The notes under the pieces: generated by a model | The model's input: the letters and a program-made list of their open reading frames with translations, nothing else | Databases searched by the model: none | Told to the model about the DNA's origin: nothing | NCBI GenBank assembly: GCA_050949565.1 | Contig: JBMNFY010000020.1 | Coordinates: 32,001 to 96,000, forward strand | Length of the DNA stretch: 64,000 nt | Origin: Kiritimatiellia bacterium | GTDB taxonomy: Bacteria > Verrucomicrobiota > Kiritimatiellia > RFP12 > UBA1067 | Reading direction: 5' to 3' | Made by a program: the position numbers and the translations under genes | Part shown: in pieces, positions 1 to 8,696 of the stretch | How the letters are laid out: each line of letters starts with the position of its first letter | Position numbering within the stretch: the stretch's first letter is position 1

Positions 1-2
1 TA

Positions 3-539
3 CGGGCGGCGTTGGGTCGCCCGGTTTTTTTTGTGCAGGAGCGGGCGGGACGTGACGGACGCCCGTTCCGGCTGGTGAAGCTGCGCACCATGCGCGAAGG
101 CGACGAACCGGATGCCGAACGGCTGACACGCGTGGGACGGTGGTTGCGTGCTACAAGCCTTGATGAGTTGCCGGAATTGTGGCATGTCTTGCGTGGCGAG
201 ATGTCGCTGGTCGGGCCGCGTCCACTGCCGGTGCGGTATCTGCCGCGCTATTCGCCGCAGCAGGCGCGGCGGCATGAGGTGCGGCCGGGGATCACGGGCT
301 GGGCACAGGTGAACGGCAGGAATTCGCTGACATGGGAGCAGAAATTCGCGTATGATGTCTGGTATGTGGATCACATGGGTTTCTGGCTGGATGTGAAGAT
401 CCTGTGGCGGACGGTGTGGCAGGTGTTGGCACGGCGCGGGATCTCGGCCGAGGGTGAAGCGACGATGGGGGAGTTTTTATTGCGACCACCCAGTGGTCGC
501 AATGACGAGTGTAAAAACGGGCGGGCAGGCGGGCGCTGA
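3..539 (+). CDS. Bacterial sugar transferase (PglC/WcaJ-like undecaprenyl-phosphate glycosyl-1-phosphate transferase), 5' truncated by window edge
   Basis: Motifs KLRTM, SLDELPELW..LRGEMSLVGPRP, RPGITGWAQVNGRN and DVWY. The frame is open to the window start. The C-terminal ~20 aa are read from a REP-like repeat. Confidence 0.93.
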   Translation, partial: RAALGRPVFFVQERAGRDGRPFRLVKLRTMREGDEPDAERLTRVGRWLRATSLDELPELWHVLRGEMSLVGPRPLPVRYLPRYSPQQARRHEVRPGITGWAQVNGRNSLTWEQKFAYDVWYVDHMGFWLDVKILWRTVWQVLARRGISAEGEATMGEFLLRPPSGRNDECKNGRAGGR

Positions 540-634
540 ATGCGCACGGGACATGCAATGGCGTCTCGCGCGAAATGTGCCCGGTGGCGTAAGTTTTTAA
601 CCTCACCTTTGTGGCCACTGGGTGGTCACGAAAA
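477..634 (+). mobile_element. REP-doublet/MITE-like element (hairpin GCGACCAC-N3-GTGGTCGC plus inverted partner)
   Basis: Left unit TTATTGCGACCACCCAGTGGTCGCAATGACGAGTGTAAAAAC (477-518) and a diverged inverted copy (593-634). The same layout occurs at 36652-36859. Confidence 0.75.
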
Positions 635-671
635 ATAAAAACGGGCGGGCGGAGAGAGGAGCGTTAGGGCA

Positions 672-1298
672 GTGAAACAGATCGTGATTGTGGGAGCGGG
701 GGGCTTCGGGCGCGAGGCGGCGTGGGTGGTCGAGCGGATCAATGCTGCTGCGCCGCAGTTTAAGCTACTGGGCTTTTGTGATGACGCGGCGGATAAGCGT
801 ACAGGGCAGTACGGCGGCTATCCGCTGTTGGGACCGCTCTCCGGCGTGAAAGCGCGTCGCGACGCGGTGGGCTTTTTTTGCGCGATCGGTAACAACCGCG
901 TGCGGCGGGATGTATTCGCCGAGGGCAGGGCGCTGGGACTTGAGCCGGTGTCGCTGATTGACCCGAGCGCGGTTATCGCGCCGGATGTGGAGATCGGTCG
1001 AGGGAGCTTTGTTGGCGTTAACAGCGTGGTGTCCGTGGGGGCGTCGCTGGGTGAGGGGGTGCTGGTGAACCATCAGGTGTGCGTGGGACATGATGCGCAG
1101 ATCGGGGACTTCGCGCAGCTTTGTCCGGGTGTGTGCGTCTCGGGCGGGTGTGAGGTTGGCGAGGGGGCGCTGCTGGGCACGCTCGCAGGCACCATTCCGC
1201 TGAAGCATGTGGGCGCGTGGGCGACGCTGGGCGCGGGCAGCGTGGCGCTCAGGGATGTGGCGGAGGGGGCGGCGGTTGTGCGGCTTGCTGCGCGGTGA
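672..1298 (+). CDS. Sugar acetyltransferase, NeuD/PglB/PglD family
   Basis: N-terminal IVGAGGFGRE, AIGNN..R, then hexapeptide left-handed beta-helix repeats. Confidence 0.9.
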   Translation: MKQIVIVGAGGFGREAAWVVERINAAAPQFKLLGFCDDAADKRTGQYGGYPLLGPLSGVKARRDAVGFFCAIGNNRVRRDVFAEGRALGLEPVSLIDPSAVIAPDVEIGRGSFVGVNSVVSVGASLGEGVLVNHQVCVGHDAQIGDFAQLCPGVCVSGGCEVGEGALLGTLAGTIPLKHVGAWATLGAGSVALRDVAEGAAVVRLAAR

Positions 1299-1378
1299 TT
1301 ATTGCGACCACGCAGTGGTCGCAATGACGAGTGTAAAAACGAGCGAGAAGGGTGGGCACTGAATGCGCGCAGAACATG
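1299..1378 (+). repeat. Truncated copy of the GCGACCAC REP/MITE element
   Basis: Starts immediately after the stop at 1298; hairpin at 1304-1322 followed by AATGACGAGTGTAAAAAC and the shared internal GGGCACTGAATGCGC. Confidence 0.8.
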
Positions 1379-1435
1379 AGAGGGTGGTATGCGCAGGAAT
1401 CGCCCGAGAAAGAGACTGGCACGAGATTGGTTAAG

Positions 1436-3142
1436 ATGAGGGTTTGGGCGAGTGAAAGAGGACGGGTGCTGGGTGTCAGCGCGTTGGTCGGGCTGGCGGC
1501 GCTGGTGGTGTATGCAACGACCGCGCAACGTGGGATCAGTTGGCAGGACAGCGGCGAGTATCAGTATAAGTTTTTAGCCGAGGCATACGACTGGGAGGTC
1601 GGGGCGGGCATTGCGCGTCTGCATCCGACATACATCCTGTTGACGCGGCTGTTGGTGTCGTGTCTGCCGGGGGGGGGTGTGCCGTATGTCTATACGCTGT
1701 CGAGCGGGGTGGGCATGGCGCTGGCGCTGGCGGTCTTGGTGCTGACGGTGTACGGCATGACGCGGTCATTGCGCGCGGGGTGTCTAGCGGCTGTATTGCT
1801 GGGCGGTGCGCACATGGCCTGGTGGCTGAGTACGATGGCGGAGGTCTACACATGGTCGCTGGCCTTGCTGATGCTGGAACTAGCGTGCCTGATGAAGACG
1901 CTGCGGGAACGATCATTCGCATGGTTTGCGGGCGCGATCTTTTTCAACGGTTTTCATTTCGGAGTGCATCACTTTGCATTGCTGAACCTGCCGGTGTATG
2001 CGGTGCTGTTCTGGTTGCTGTTCCGGCGCAAGGCGTGGCACTGGGGCGCATGCGCGGGGCTCTGGCTATTCGGCGCGTTGCCGATTGTGATCCCGATCGT
2101 GCGTTATTGGGTGGCGAGTGGCAGTCTGGAAGCGGTGATCCGGAGTGCGTTGTTCGGCGAGGTGTTCCAGCAGAAGATCTTGGCGTTGGATGTACGCAAT
2201 GGGCCGCTCTGGAGGGCGAACATGGCGCTGGCGAGTGTTAGTTTCATGAATCCGTGCTGGCTGTATGCGGTGGTGGTGCCGCTGGTGGCGTGGCGAGCGT
2301 GGCGGATGAGGGGGAGAACGTCGGACGTCGAACGCCGAACGCCGAACGCAGAACGTCGAACGTCGAACGTCGAACGCAGAACGCAGAACGCAGAAGTGGA
2401 GAATGGGGAAAACGTTCAACTTTCAACATTCAACGCTCAACGCTCAAGTACGGGAACGGGAGGGGCAAGCGTCCGCTTGCCCGAGAACGCCGAACGTCGA
2501 ACGCAGAACGCAGAACGCAGAAGTGGAGCGACATTGTTGGCGTTGACGGCGCTACATGCGTTTTTCTGGGTGCGGTATCTGGTGCCGGATCAGGCGACCT
2601 TCCTGCTGCCGACGCTGGGGCTGCTGGCGGTGTGGGCGGGCGTGGGCGCGGCGCGTGTGTTACTGCGTGAACGGCGCGGGTGGTTTGCGCCGAGTTTGGC
2701 GGTGTCGCTGGCGTGCAGCGTGTTGGTACCGCATGCGGTTTGCAGGACGGCTGAGCGGTTGTTGCCGCCACGGTCGCGTGTGTTACCGTTCCGCGACGAG
2801 TTTGCGTATTGGGCATATCCGTGGAAGCACAACGAGGATTCGGCGGAGCGATTTGTCGAGGCGGTGGCGCGTGAGCGTTATCCCGAGGACATGGTGGTGT
2901 GGGCGGATACGACGGCGGTCGCACCGCTGATGGCGGCTCAGGCGATGGGACGGTTACCGGCGTCGTGGCGCTGGCTCTCCTATTGGCAAAATGAAGAGGA
3001 CGAGGTGATCATACAGCGGTTGCAGGCGTCGCCGGATGGCGGTTATGTGGTGTCGCCACTCCGATGCTATGTGCCGGAGGCGATTCTTGAGCAGGCGCAA
3101 TCGTTCGAGCGTCGCGGTGTACTGCATCGTATCGTGTGGTAA
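1436..3142 (+). CDS. DUF2723/TMEM260-like polytopic membrane glycosyltransferase (GT-C) with ~70-aa repeat-derived in-frame insertion
   Basis: VY.T....SWQDSGEY and WWLSTMAEVYT match DUF2723-type motifs; many TM segments. Start is uncertain (1352, 1376 or 1436). Confidence 0.75.
   Translation: MRVWASERGRVLGVSALVGLAALVVYATTAQRGISWQDSGEYQYKFLAEAYDWEVGAGIARLHPTYILLTRLLVSCLPGGGVPYVYTLSSGVGMALALAVLVLTVYGMTRSLRAGCLAAVLLGGAHMAWWLSTMAEVYTWSLALLMLELACLMKTLRERSFAWFAGAIFFNGFHFGVHHFALLNLPVYAVLFWLLFRRKAWHWGACAGLWLFGALPIVIPIVRYWVASGSLEAVIRSALFGEVFQQKILALDVRNGPLWRANMALASVSFMNPCWLYAVVVPLVAWRAWRMRGRTSDVERRTPNAERRTSNVERRTQNAEVENGENVQLSTFNAQRSSTGTGGASVRLPENAERRTQNAERRSGATLLALTALHAFFWVRYLVPDQATFLLPTLGLLAVWAGVGAARVLLRERRGWFAPSLAVSLACSVLVPHAVCRTAERLLPPRSRVLPFRDEFAYWAYPWKHNEDSAERFVEAVARERYPEDMVVWADTTAVAPLMAAQAMGRLPASWRWLSYWQNEEDEVIIQRLQASPDGGYVVSPLRCYVPEAILEQAQSFERRGVLHRIVW
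2316..2528 (+). repeat. Intragenic composite element: (GAACGYN)x11 - (CAACGCT-type)x4 - hairpin GGGCAAGC/GCTTGCCC - (GAACGYN)x5
   Basis: Read directly; translates in frame as RTSDVERRTPNAERR...STFNAQRS...NAERRTQNAERRSG. Confidence 0.9.
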
Positions 3143-3657
3143 GGGAATGTCATGAGCAAGCGGATTTTTTTGTCGCCGCCGTGGCTGGGCGGCAGCGAGC
3201 GGGCCAGGGTGGAAGAGGCTTTCGCGTCCGGCTACATCGCGCCGTGCGGGCCGATGGTGGATCGGTTTGAGCGCGCGTTCGCCGAGCGGACGGGCATTGC
3301 GCATGCCTGTGCGTTGTCGAGCGGGAGCGCCGCGCTCGACCTGCTGTTTCACGAGTTGGGGATCGGTCCTGGGGATCGTGTATTCTGTTCTGACCTAACC
3401 TTTATCTCTTCCATCGCGTCGGCGGTGCAACGCGGTGCCGAGCCGGTGTTCATCGATTGCGACGAGACAAGCTGGACGATGGATCCGGATTTGCTGGAAG
3501 AGGCGTTGGCGCAGGCCGCAGCCGAAGGGCGGTTGCCCAAAGCGGTGGTGGCGGTGGATCTCTATGGTCAGTGCTGCGACTACGGGCGTATCGAATCGCT
3601 GTGCGAGCAGTACGGGGTGCCGCTGATTATTGATGCGGCGGAGGCGCTGGGCGCTTG

Positions 3658-3860
3658 TTATTGCGACCACGGAGTGGTCGCGGGAACGTCAGAACTCAGA
3701 ACGCAGAACTCAGAATGCAGAAGCGGGAACGTTCAACGCTCAACGCTCAACGCTCAACGCTCAAGTTAGGGAACGGGAGGGGCAAGCGTCTGCTTGCCCG
3801 AGAACTCAGAACGCAGAACGTAGAACGCGGAACGCAGAAGTGGAAACGTTCAACGCTCAA
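3658..3860 (+). repeat. Intragenic composite element: REP hairpin + heptamer arrays + GGGCAAGC hairpin (sister of 2316-2528)
   Basis: GCGACCAC hairpin 3663-3681; GAACNCA units 3684-3719; (CAACGCT)x4 3734-3761; hairpin 3780-3799; GAACGNN x5 3802-3836. Confidence 0.9.
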
Positions 3861-4229
3861 GGAAGGAGCGCCGGAGATGCTGGATGGGCGGCGGTGTTTT
3901 CTTTTAACGGCAACAAGATCATCACGACATCGGGTGGCGGGATGTTGGCGTCGCGTGATGCGGGGGTAGTGGAGCGGGCGCGGAAGCGGGCGCAGCAGGC
4001 GCGTGAGCCGGTGGTGTGGTATGAACACCGGGAACTGGGATACAACTTCCGCATGAGTAATATCGTGGCGGCGATTGGCGTGGGACAGCTTGAGGCACTG
4101 GAGATCATTCTCGCGAAAAAGCGGCAGATTTTCGAATGGTATTGCGAGCGGCTGGAAGACGTGCCGGGGGTGAGGCTGATGCCGGAGGCGGGGTATGGAC
4201 GGTGCTCGCGGTGGCTTACGGTGGTGGAG

Positions 4230-4385
4230 TTATTGCGACCACGAAGTGGTCGCAATGACGAGTGTAAAAACGGGCGAGGAACAGGCACTAGATGCGCACG
4301 GGGCATGCAATGGGGAGATGCGCGGGGAGAGCCTAATGATGAGCCCGGCAGACCACGAAGTGGTCGCAATGACGAGTGTAAAAAC
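4230..4385 (+). repeat. Two direct copies of the GCGACCAC REP inserted in frame in the aminotransferase
   Basis: Copies at 4230-4271 and 4351-4385, each translating RPRSGRNDECKN. Confidence 0.88.
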
Positions 4386-4636
4386 GAGCCGAGCGCGCAA
4401 GTGATGCGGGTGATTGAGGCGCTTGAGCGGGAGAATATCGAGTCGCGTCCGGTGTGGAAGCCGATGCACCTGCAACCGGTCTTTCAAGGGGCGCGGGTGG
4501 TCGGCGGGGCGGTTTGCGAGCGTCTGTTCGCCAACGGGTTGTGTCTGCCGTCCGGTGCCGGGCTCGAACGGGATGATGTGGAACGGATTTGCGACGTGGT
4601 AGTTGCGGCGCTTGCAAAAGATGTGTCAATTAAATC

Positions 4637-5056
4637 TCACACAAAGGCACAAAGGACACGAAGGGTATCCACAGATTAACACAGATTACGCATTTTTTGG
4701 GGGGGTAGGGCTCGGGTTTGTTTAACCACGGAATACACTGAACACACGGAAAGGCACTGCTCGGTTTTTTTATCACACAAAGGCACAAAGGACACGAAGG
4801 GTATCCACAGATTAACACAGATTACGCATTTTTTGGGGGGTAGGGCTCGGGTTTGTTTAACCACGGAATACACTGAACACACGGAAAGGCACTGCTCGGT
4901 TTTTTTATCACACAAAGGCACAAAGGACACGAAGGGTTTTTGGGGGCACTGCTCGGTTTTTTTGAAAGATGAGCATGGTTTTTCATGAAGTTTCATGTGT
5001 TTCATGGTTCGGTTTTTTATCCACAGATTGCTCCTAAATCACAAATCACAAATTCA
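4637..5056 (+). repeat. Repeat island: 135/136-bp unit x2.2 followed by further short-period modules
   Basis: Units start at 4637, 4773 and 4908 and differ in a G7/G6 tract; followed by TTTCATG-type and AAATCAC-type repeats. Confidence 0.9.
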
Positions 5057-5072
5057 AAAAAGGATGATCATT

Positions 5073-8000
5073 ATGCGGTACTCGTGTTTAATTGCCCTGT
5101 TTGTTTTATGTGTCTCGCGCGTTTCTGCCGATTGGCATGACGCGCTCTGGCTGGGCCGGGGTGATGTCTGGCGTGCCCGCTTTCCGGTCACGGTGACGAA
5201 TCCCGGTGACGGTGAACTCGACGGTCAGGCGGTCGCGTTGACGGTGGGCGGAGAGCCCGGCCAGGCACCGCTCGTTGGTGCGCGGGCCGAGGCGTTGCGC
5301 GTGGCCGACAGCCAAGGTCGCCAACTGCTCTACGCGCTCTGGACGCCGGATATGGATCGTCAGATCACCACCGGTGCGGTTCCGGCTGGCGCGGTCTTGA
5401 GCCTGCCTGCTGTCTGCGGTCCCGCCACCTCTACCACCTATCACGTCTATTTCGACAATGCGTGTGCGTGGGGCTTGGCCGATTTCTTCGACAAGCGGCC
5501 CCTCACCGACACTAACGGAGATTTTGAACGCGGCAGCGGCGATACGCCGGCAGGATGGCGGCGGCAGATGAGTGGTGCCACACACCGTCTTACTTGGTCG
5601 ACCGAAACGCCGTTTTCAGGCACGCGCTGTCTTAAGGCCGAGGCTTCGTCGGGTGCTGCCTCCGTGTGGTTCGGGTTTTCGCGCTCTGACTTTACCGTCG
5701 TTCCCGGAGCGCGCTGTACCATCCGGGTTCGTGTGCGTGGCGAAAACGTCACCGGCACTGCTGGCTGGTATGTGCATGTCGGCGACGAAAAGAATTTACA
5801 GCGGATCAATCGTGTCGAGAAGGCTGGCGACGGCACGTTCGGTTGGAAAGAGATGCAGATCACCTTCACCGTTCCGGAGGGCGCGACGCGCATGGCCACC
5901 GGCTCCGTGCTCTACGGCACCGGCACAGCTTGGTATGACGCCTTCAGCTTTGAGAGTGACCGTCCGGTACCGATGCCCAGTGCGCGTGCCGGTGCGGTTG
6001 AGCGCCTTGAACTGATCGAACAGGGCGCGGATGCGCCATGGCCCGCCGAGCTACGCGGACGCCGATCGAATTGGCTGAGGCGCGCTGTCGCGTCGATCCT
6101 GCCTCGTTATCGCGTCGCCGAATGTCCTTGGCGTTACCGCCTGCCGATTCGCGTCGTGAATCTGCGCGACACGCCAGCCACCAATCTGCTCGCCGTGGCC
6201 GATCTCGCAAGCGCCGCGCGCGGGATCGTCGCGCCCGAGTTCCGCATGACCTTTAATGGCGAGACCGTTGAGACTTGCCGATTGGGCGACCGTTTGCTCT
6301 TCTCATGCTCGCCTAGTGCGCGTAGTCTGTCAACCTACTACCTGTATGTGGCTGATACCGGCAAGCGCCCTGAACCGAGCGCCGCGGCTGCTTCCACGCT
6401 AGGTAGCGATATTCCTTCGGATCAGATTCTGACGACCGGTTCCGACGCTACCGATGCGGTTGCCTTTGCCAAGTTGCTCGTCAGTCCGGTGAATCAGGTC
6501 AAAAACCCTAGCTTTGAAGAGGGGACGGAGCAATCCGATGGTTGGTCGCACAGTAGCGAAGGCAAGGGCGTCCGGTTTGCGATCGAGAGCCCCGGTGGTT
6601 TTGGTCAACGCCATGCCCGTATGGCCGTTGATAAATCCGTTACCCTCGCTTGGCGCGGCTGGTATCAGTCGGTACCGATCAAGGCCGGGCACACCTACCT
6701 GTATGGTGCATGGCTTGCCTGCGAGGACCTAGAGGGTTCCGCCATGTTGCACGCGCACCTGCGTAATGCACAGGGGCAGGTGACTGCGGGCGGTTTTCTC
6801 GGCGCGGGCGCTGGTATCAGCGGCACCGCGATGTGGACCCCGATGTTCGGCACTGTCACCGTGCCAGCGGATGCGAGCGTGTTCCAACTCCATCTTACCA
6901 TGAATGCGCACGGCACGCTCAAACATGACGGTGCCTTTCTGGCCGAGTGTCTGAACGCCACAGCCGGAGACCCGGAAACCCCGCCCATGGATCCGGATGA
7001 GCTGACGGTGTGGCCGGTCGATCCGGTCATCAAGGTTTTCCATGAGACCCTCCCCCCGGCGCAACCGGAAGCGAGCGCGATTGCTCTGGCACGCAACGAA
7101 GAGGAGGCGCTGCAACTCGCTTTGCGCGCCGGTCGGGACATTGCCGATCTCGAGATTGCGGTCGACCCGCCGAAGCGGCGCGATGGTCAGACGCTTGATA
7201 CCTTCACGATCGGTTGGGTCGGTTATGTGCCGATCGACCATCCGACCTCTTACTACAGTCTGACCACGCCGACGTGGCAATTGAAGCATCCTACGCGGGC
7301 TGGCTCGTCGGACGGCTGGTCTGGTTGGTGGCCTGACCCGATCCGCCCGGCCGCGCGCGGTGCGCTACGTGCCAACCAGACGCAGGCGGTGTGGGTTTCG
7401 TTTAAGGCCACGGCGACCACGAAACCGGGCACCTACGCCGGGAACGTGCGCATTCTTGATGCGGATAAGCGTCTTGTGCAGCGCGTACCCTTCACCGTCA
7501 CGGTCTGGGATTTTGAGCTGCCCACAGAAAGCACTTGCGCCGCGATCTATGACATCCGTCTCAGTCCGCAATGGACAGCCGACGGCTCGACGGCAGCGCA
7601 ACAGCGCGAACGGTTGATGCGTGTCATGGCCGACAAACGTGTGTCGCCCGACGATGTCGGCGCAAGCCCGGTCTTCACGCGTGACGAGCAAGGGCGCATC
7701 ACCGCTGATTTCACAGCGTACGACCGCGCCGCACAGCTCTATTTCGACGAGTTGAAATTCCGCTTCTCATACACGCCGGGCTTCTTCTATCTGTTCGGTT
7801 GGGAGCACCCGCCCAAGAAGGTGATGGGCGAGGCACCTTACGAGGGTGAGCATCCGTATGCCGATGCAGACCGCACACGTCTGCGCGCCGCCTACAAGGA
7901 GACCTACCAGACCTGTCTGCGCCTCTATTGGGATCATGTCAAAGCCAAGGGTTGGGCCGACCGGCTGGTGCTCTATATTTCTGACGAACCCTTCCTCACC

Positions 8001-8696
8001 AAGAAGCCGATCATTGATCAGATGAAGGCACTCTGCGACATGATCCATGAGGTCGATCCCAAAATTCCGATCTACTGCAGCACATGGCGTCACTGCCCGG
8101 ATTGGAACGGGTATCTCGACGTTTGGGGCGTCGGGCATTACGGATGTTTCCCGCTCGACGAGATGCGTGCGCGCCGCGCCGCCGGCGACCGCATCTGGTT
8201 CACCACCGACGGCCAGATGTGTACCGACACGCCCTTCTGTGCGGTCGAACGTCTGCTGCCCCATTACTGCTTCCATTTCGACGCTGAGGCGTACGAGTTC
8301 TGGGGCGTGAGTTGGTTGACCTATGATCCTTGGCAGTTCGGCTGGCACCGTTACATTCATCAAAGCAGCACGCCCGGCGAATTTTACTACGTGCGCTATC
8401 CGAATGGTGACGGCTATCTGCTTTATCCCGGTGCACCGGTCGGCTCTCCCGATCCCGTGACCACCGTGCGCCTGGAAGCCGCGCGTGACGGCGTCGAGGA
8501 TTACGAGTATCTCAAGCTCCTGCAGCGGCATGCGGGCAATCCACAGGCCGACGCCCTGCTCAAGGAGTTCGCCGCGCTGGTCGAGATCCCCAACGCCGGG
8601 GGACGCTTCTCGACCCGCATCCTGCCAGATCCGTCGCGCCTCGCTGCATTGCGTCTGCGCGCCGGAGCGCTCCTAGAGCAACTCACCGCACGGTGA
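5073..8696 (+). CDS. Secreted multidomain protein: CBM4/9-like domains + DUF4091 (GH123-like) C-terminal domain
   Basis: Signal peptide MRYSCLIALFVLC..; NGDFE and NPSFEEG carbohydrate-binding module starts; C-terminal NGDGYLLYPG..VRLEAARDGVEDYEYL. Confidence 0.75.
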   Translation: MRYSCLIALFVLCVSRVSADWHDALWLGRGDVWRARFPVTVTNPGDGELDGQAVALTVGGEPGQAPLVGARAEALRVADSQGRQLLYALWTPDMDRQITTGAVPAGAVLSLPAVCGPATSTTYHVYFDNACAWGLADFFDKRPLTDTNGDFERGSGDTPAGWRRQMSGATHRLTWSTETPFSGTRCLKAEASSGAASVWFGFSRSDFTVVPGARCTIRVRVRGENVTGTAGWYVHVGDEKNLQRINRVEKAGDGTFGWKEMQITFTVPEGATRMATGSVLYGTGTAWYDAFSFESDRPVPMPSARAGAVERLELIEQGADAPWPAELRGRRSNWLRRAVASILPRYRVAECPWRYRLPIRVVNLRDTPATNLLAVADLASAARGIVAPEFRMTFNGETVETCRLGDRLLFSCSPSARSLSTYYLYVADTGKRPEPSAAAASTLGSDIPSDQILTTGSDATDAVAFAKLLVSPVNQVKNPSFEEGTEQSDGWSHSSEGKGVRFAIESPGGFGQRHARMAVDKSVTLAWRGWYQSVPIKAGHTYLYGAWLACEDLEGSAMLHAHLRNAQGQVTAGGFLGAGAGISGTAMWTPMFGTVTVPADASVFQLHLTMNAHGTLKHDGAFLAECLNATAGDPETPPMDPDELTVWPVDPVIKVFHETLPPAQPEASAIALARNEEEALQLALRAGRDIADLEIAVDPPKRRDGQTLDTFTIGWVGYVPIDHPTSYYSLTTPTWQLKHPTRAGSSDGWSGWWPDPIRPAARGALRANQTQAVWVSFKATATTKPGTYAGNVRILDADKRLVQRVPFTVTVWDFELPTESTCAAIYDIRLSPQWTADGSTAAQQRERLMRVMADKRVSPDDVGASPVFTRDEQGRITADFTAYDRAAQLYFDELKFRFSYTPGFFYLFGWEHPPKKVMGEAPYEGEHPYADADRTRLRAAYKETYQTCLRLYWDHVKAKGWADRLVLYISDEPFLTKKPIIDQMKALCDMIHEVDPKIPIYCSTWRHCPDWNGYLDVWGVGHYGCFPLDEMRARRAAGDRIWFTTDGQMCTDTPFCAVERLLPHYCFHFDAEAYEFWGVSWLTYDPWQFGWHRYIHQSSTPGEFYYVRYPNGDGYLLYPGAPVGSPDPVTTVRLEAARDGVEDYEYLKLLQRHAGNPQADALLKEFAALVEIPNAGGRFSTRILPDPSRLAALRLRAGALLEQLTAR

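Larger units (their letters stand above)
3152..4679 (+). pseudogene. DegT/DnrJ/EryC1/StrS (PglE-like) PLP aminotransferase, split by a +1 frameshift inside a repeat insertion
   Basis: The N-half (3152-3769) ends IIDAAEALGACY plus repeat-derived residues. The C-half resumes GRSAG...FSFNGNKIITTSGGGM...ENIESRPVWKPMHLQP...GLCLPSG in another frame. Confidence 0.88.

Noticed and set aside
2316-3860. Inteins or group I/II introns as explanation for the inserts
   Set aside because: There are no Cys/Ser...His-Asn intein ends and no recognisable GUGYG/AY ends or catalytic core; the inserts are short and low-complexity. Non-canonical removal is untested, not excluded.
4630-5072. Short ORFs 4630-4818 and 4676-5005, and the N-terminal extension from 4995
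   Set aside because: They are repeat-derived; the signal peptide of the downstream gene starts at 5073.
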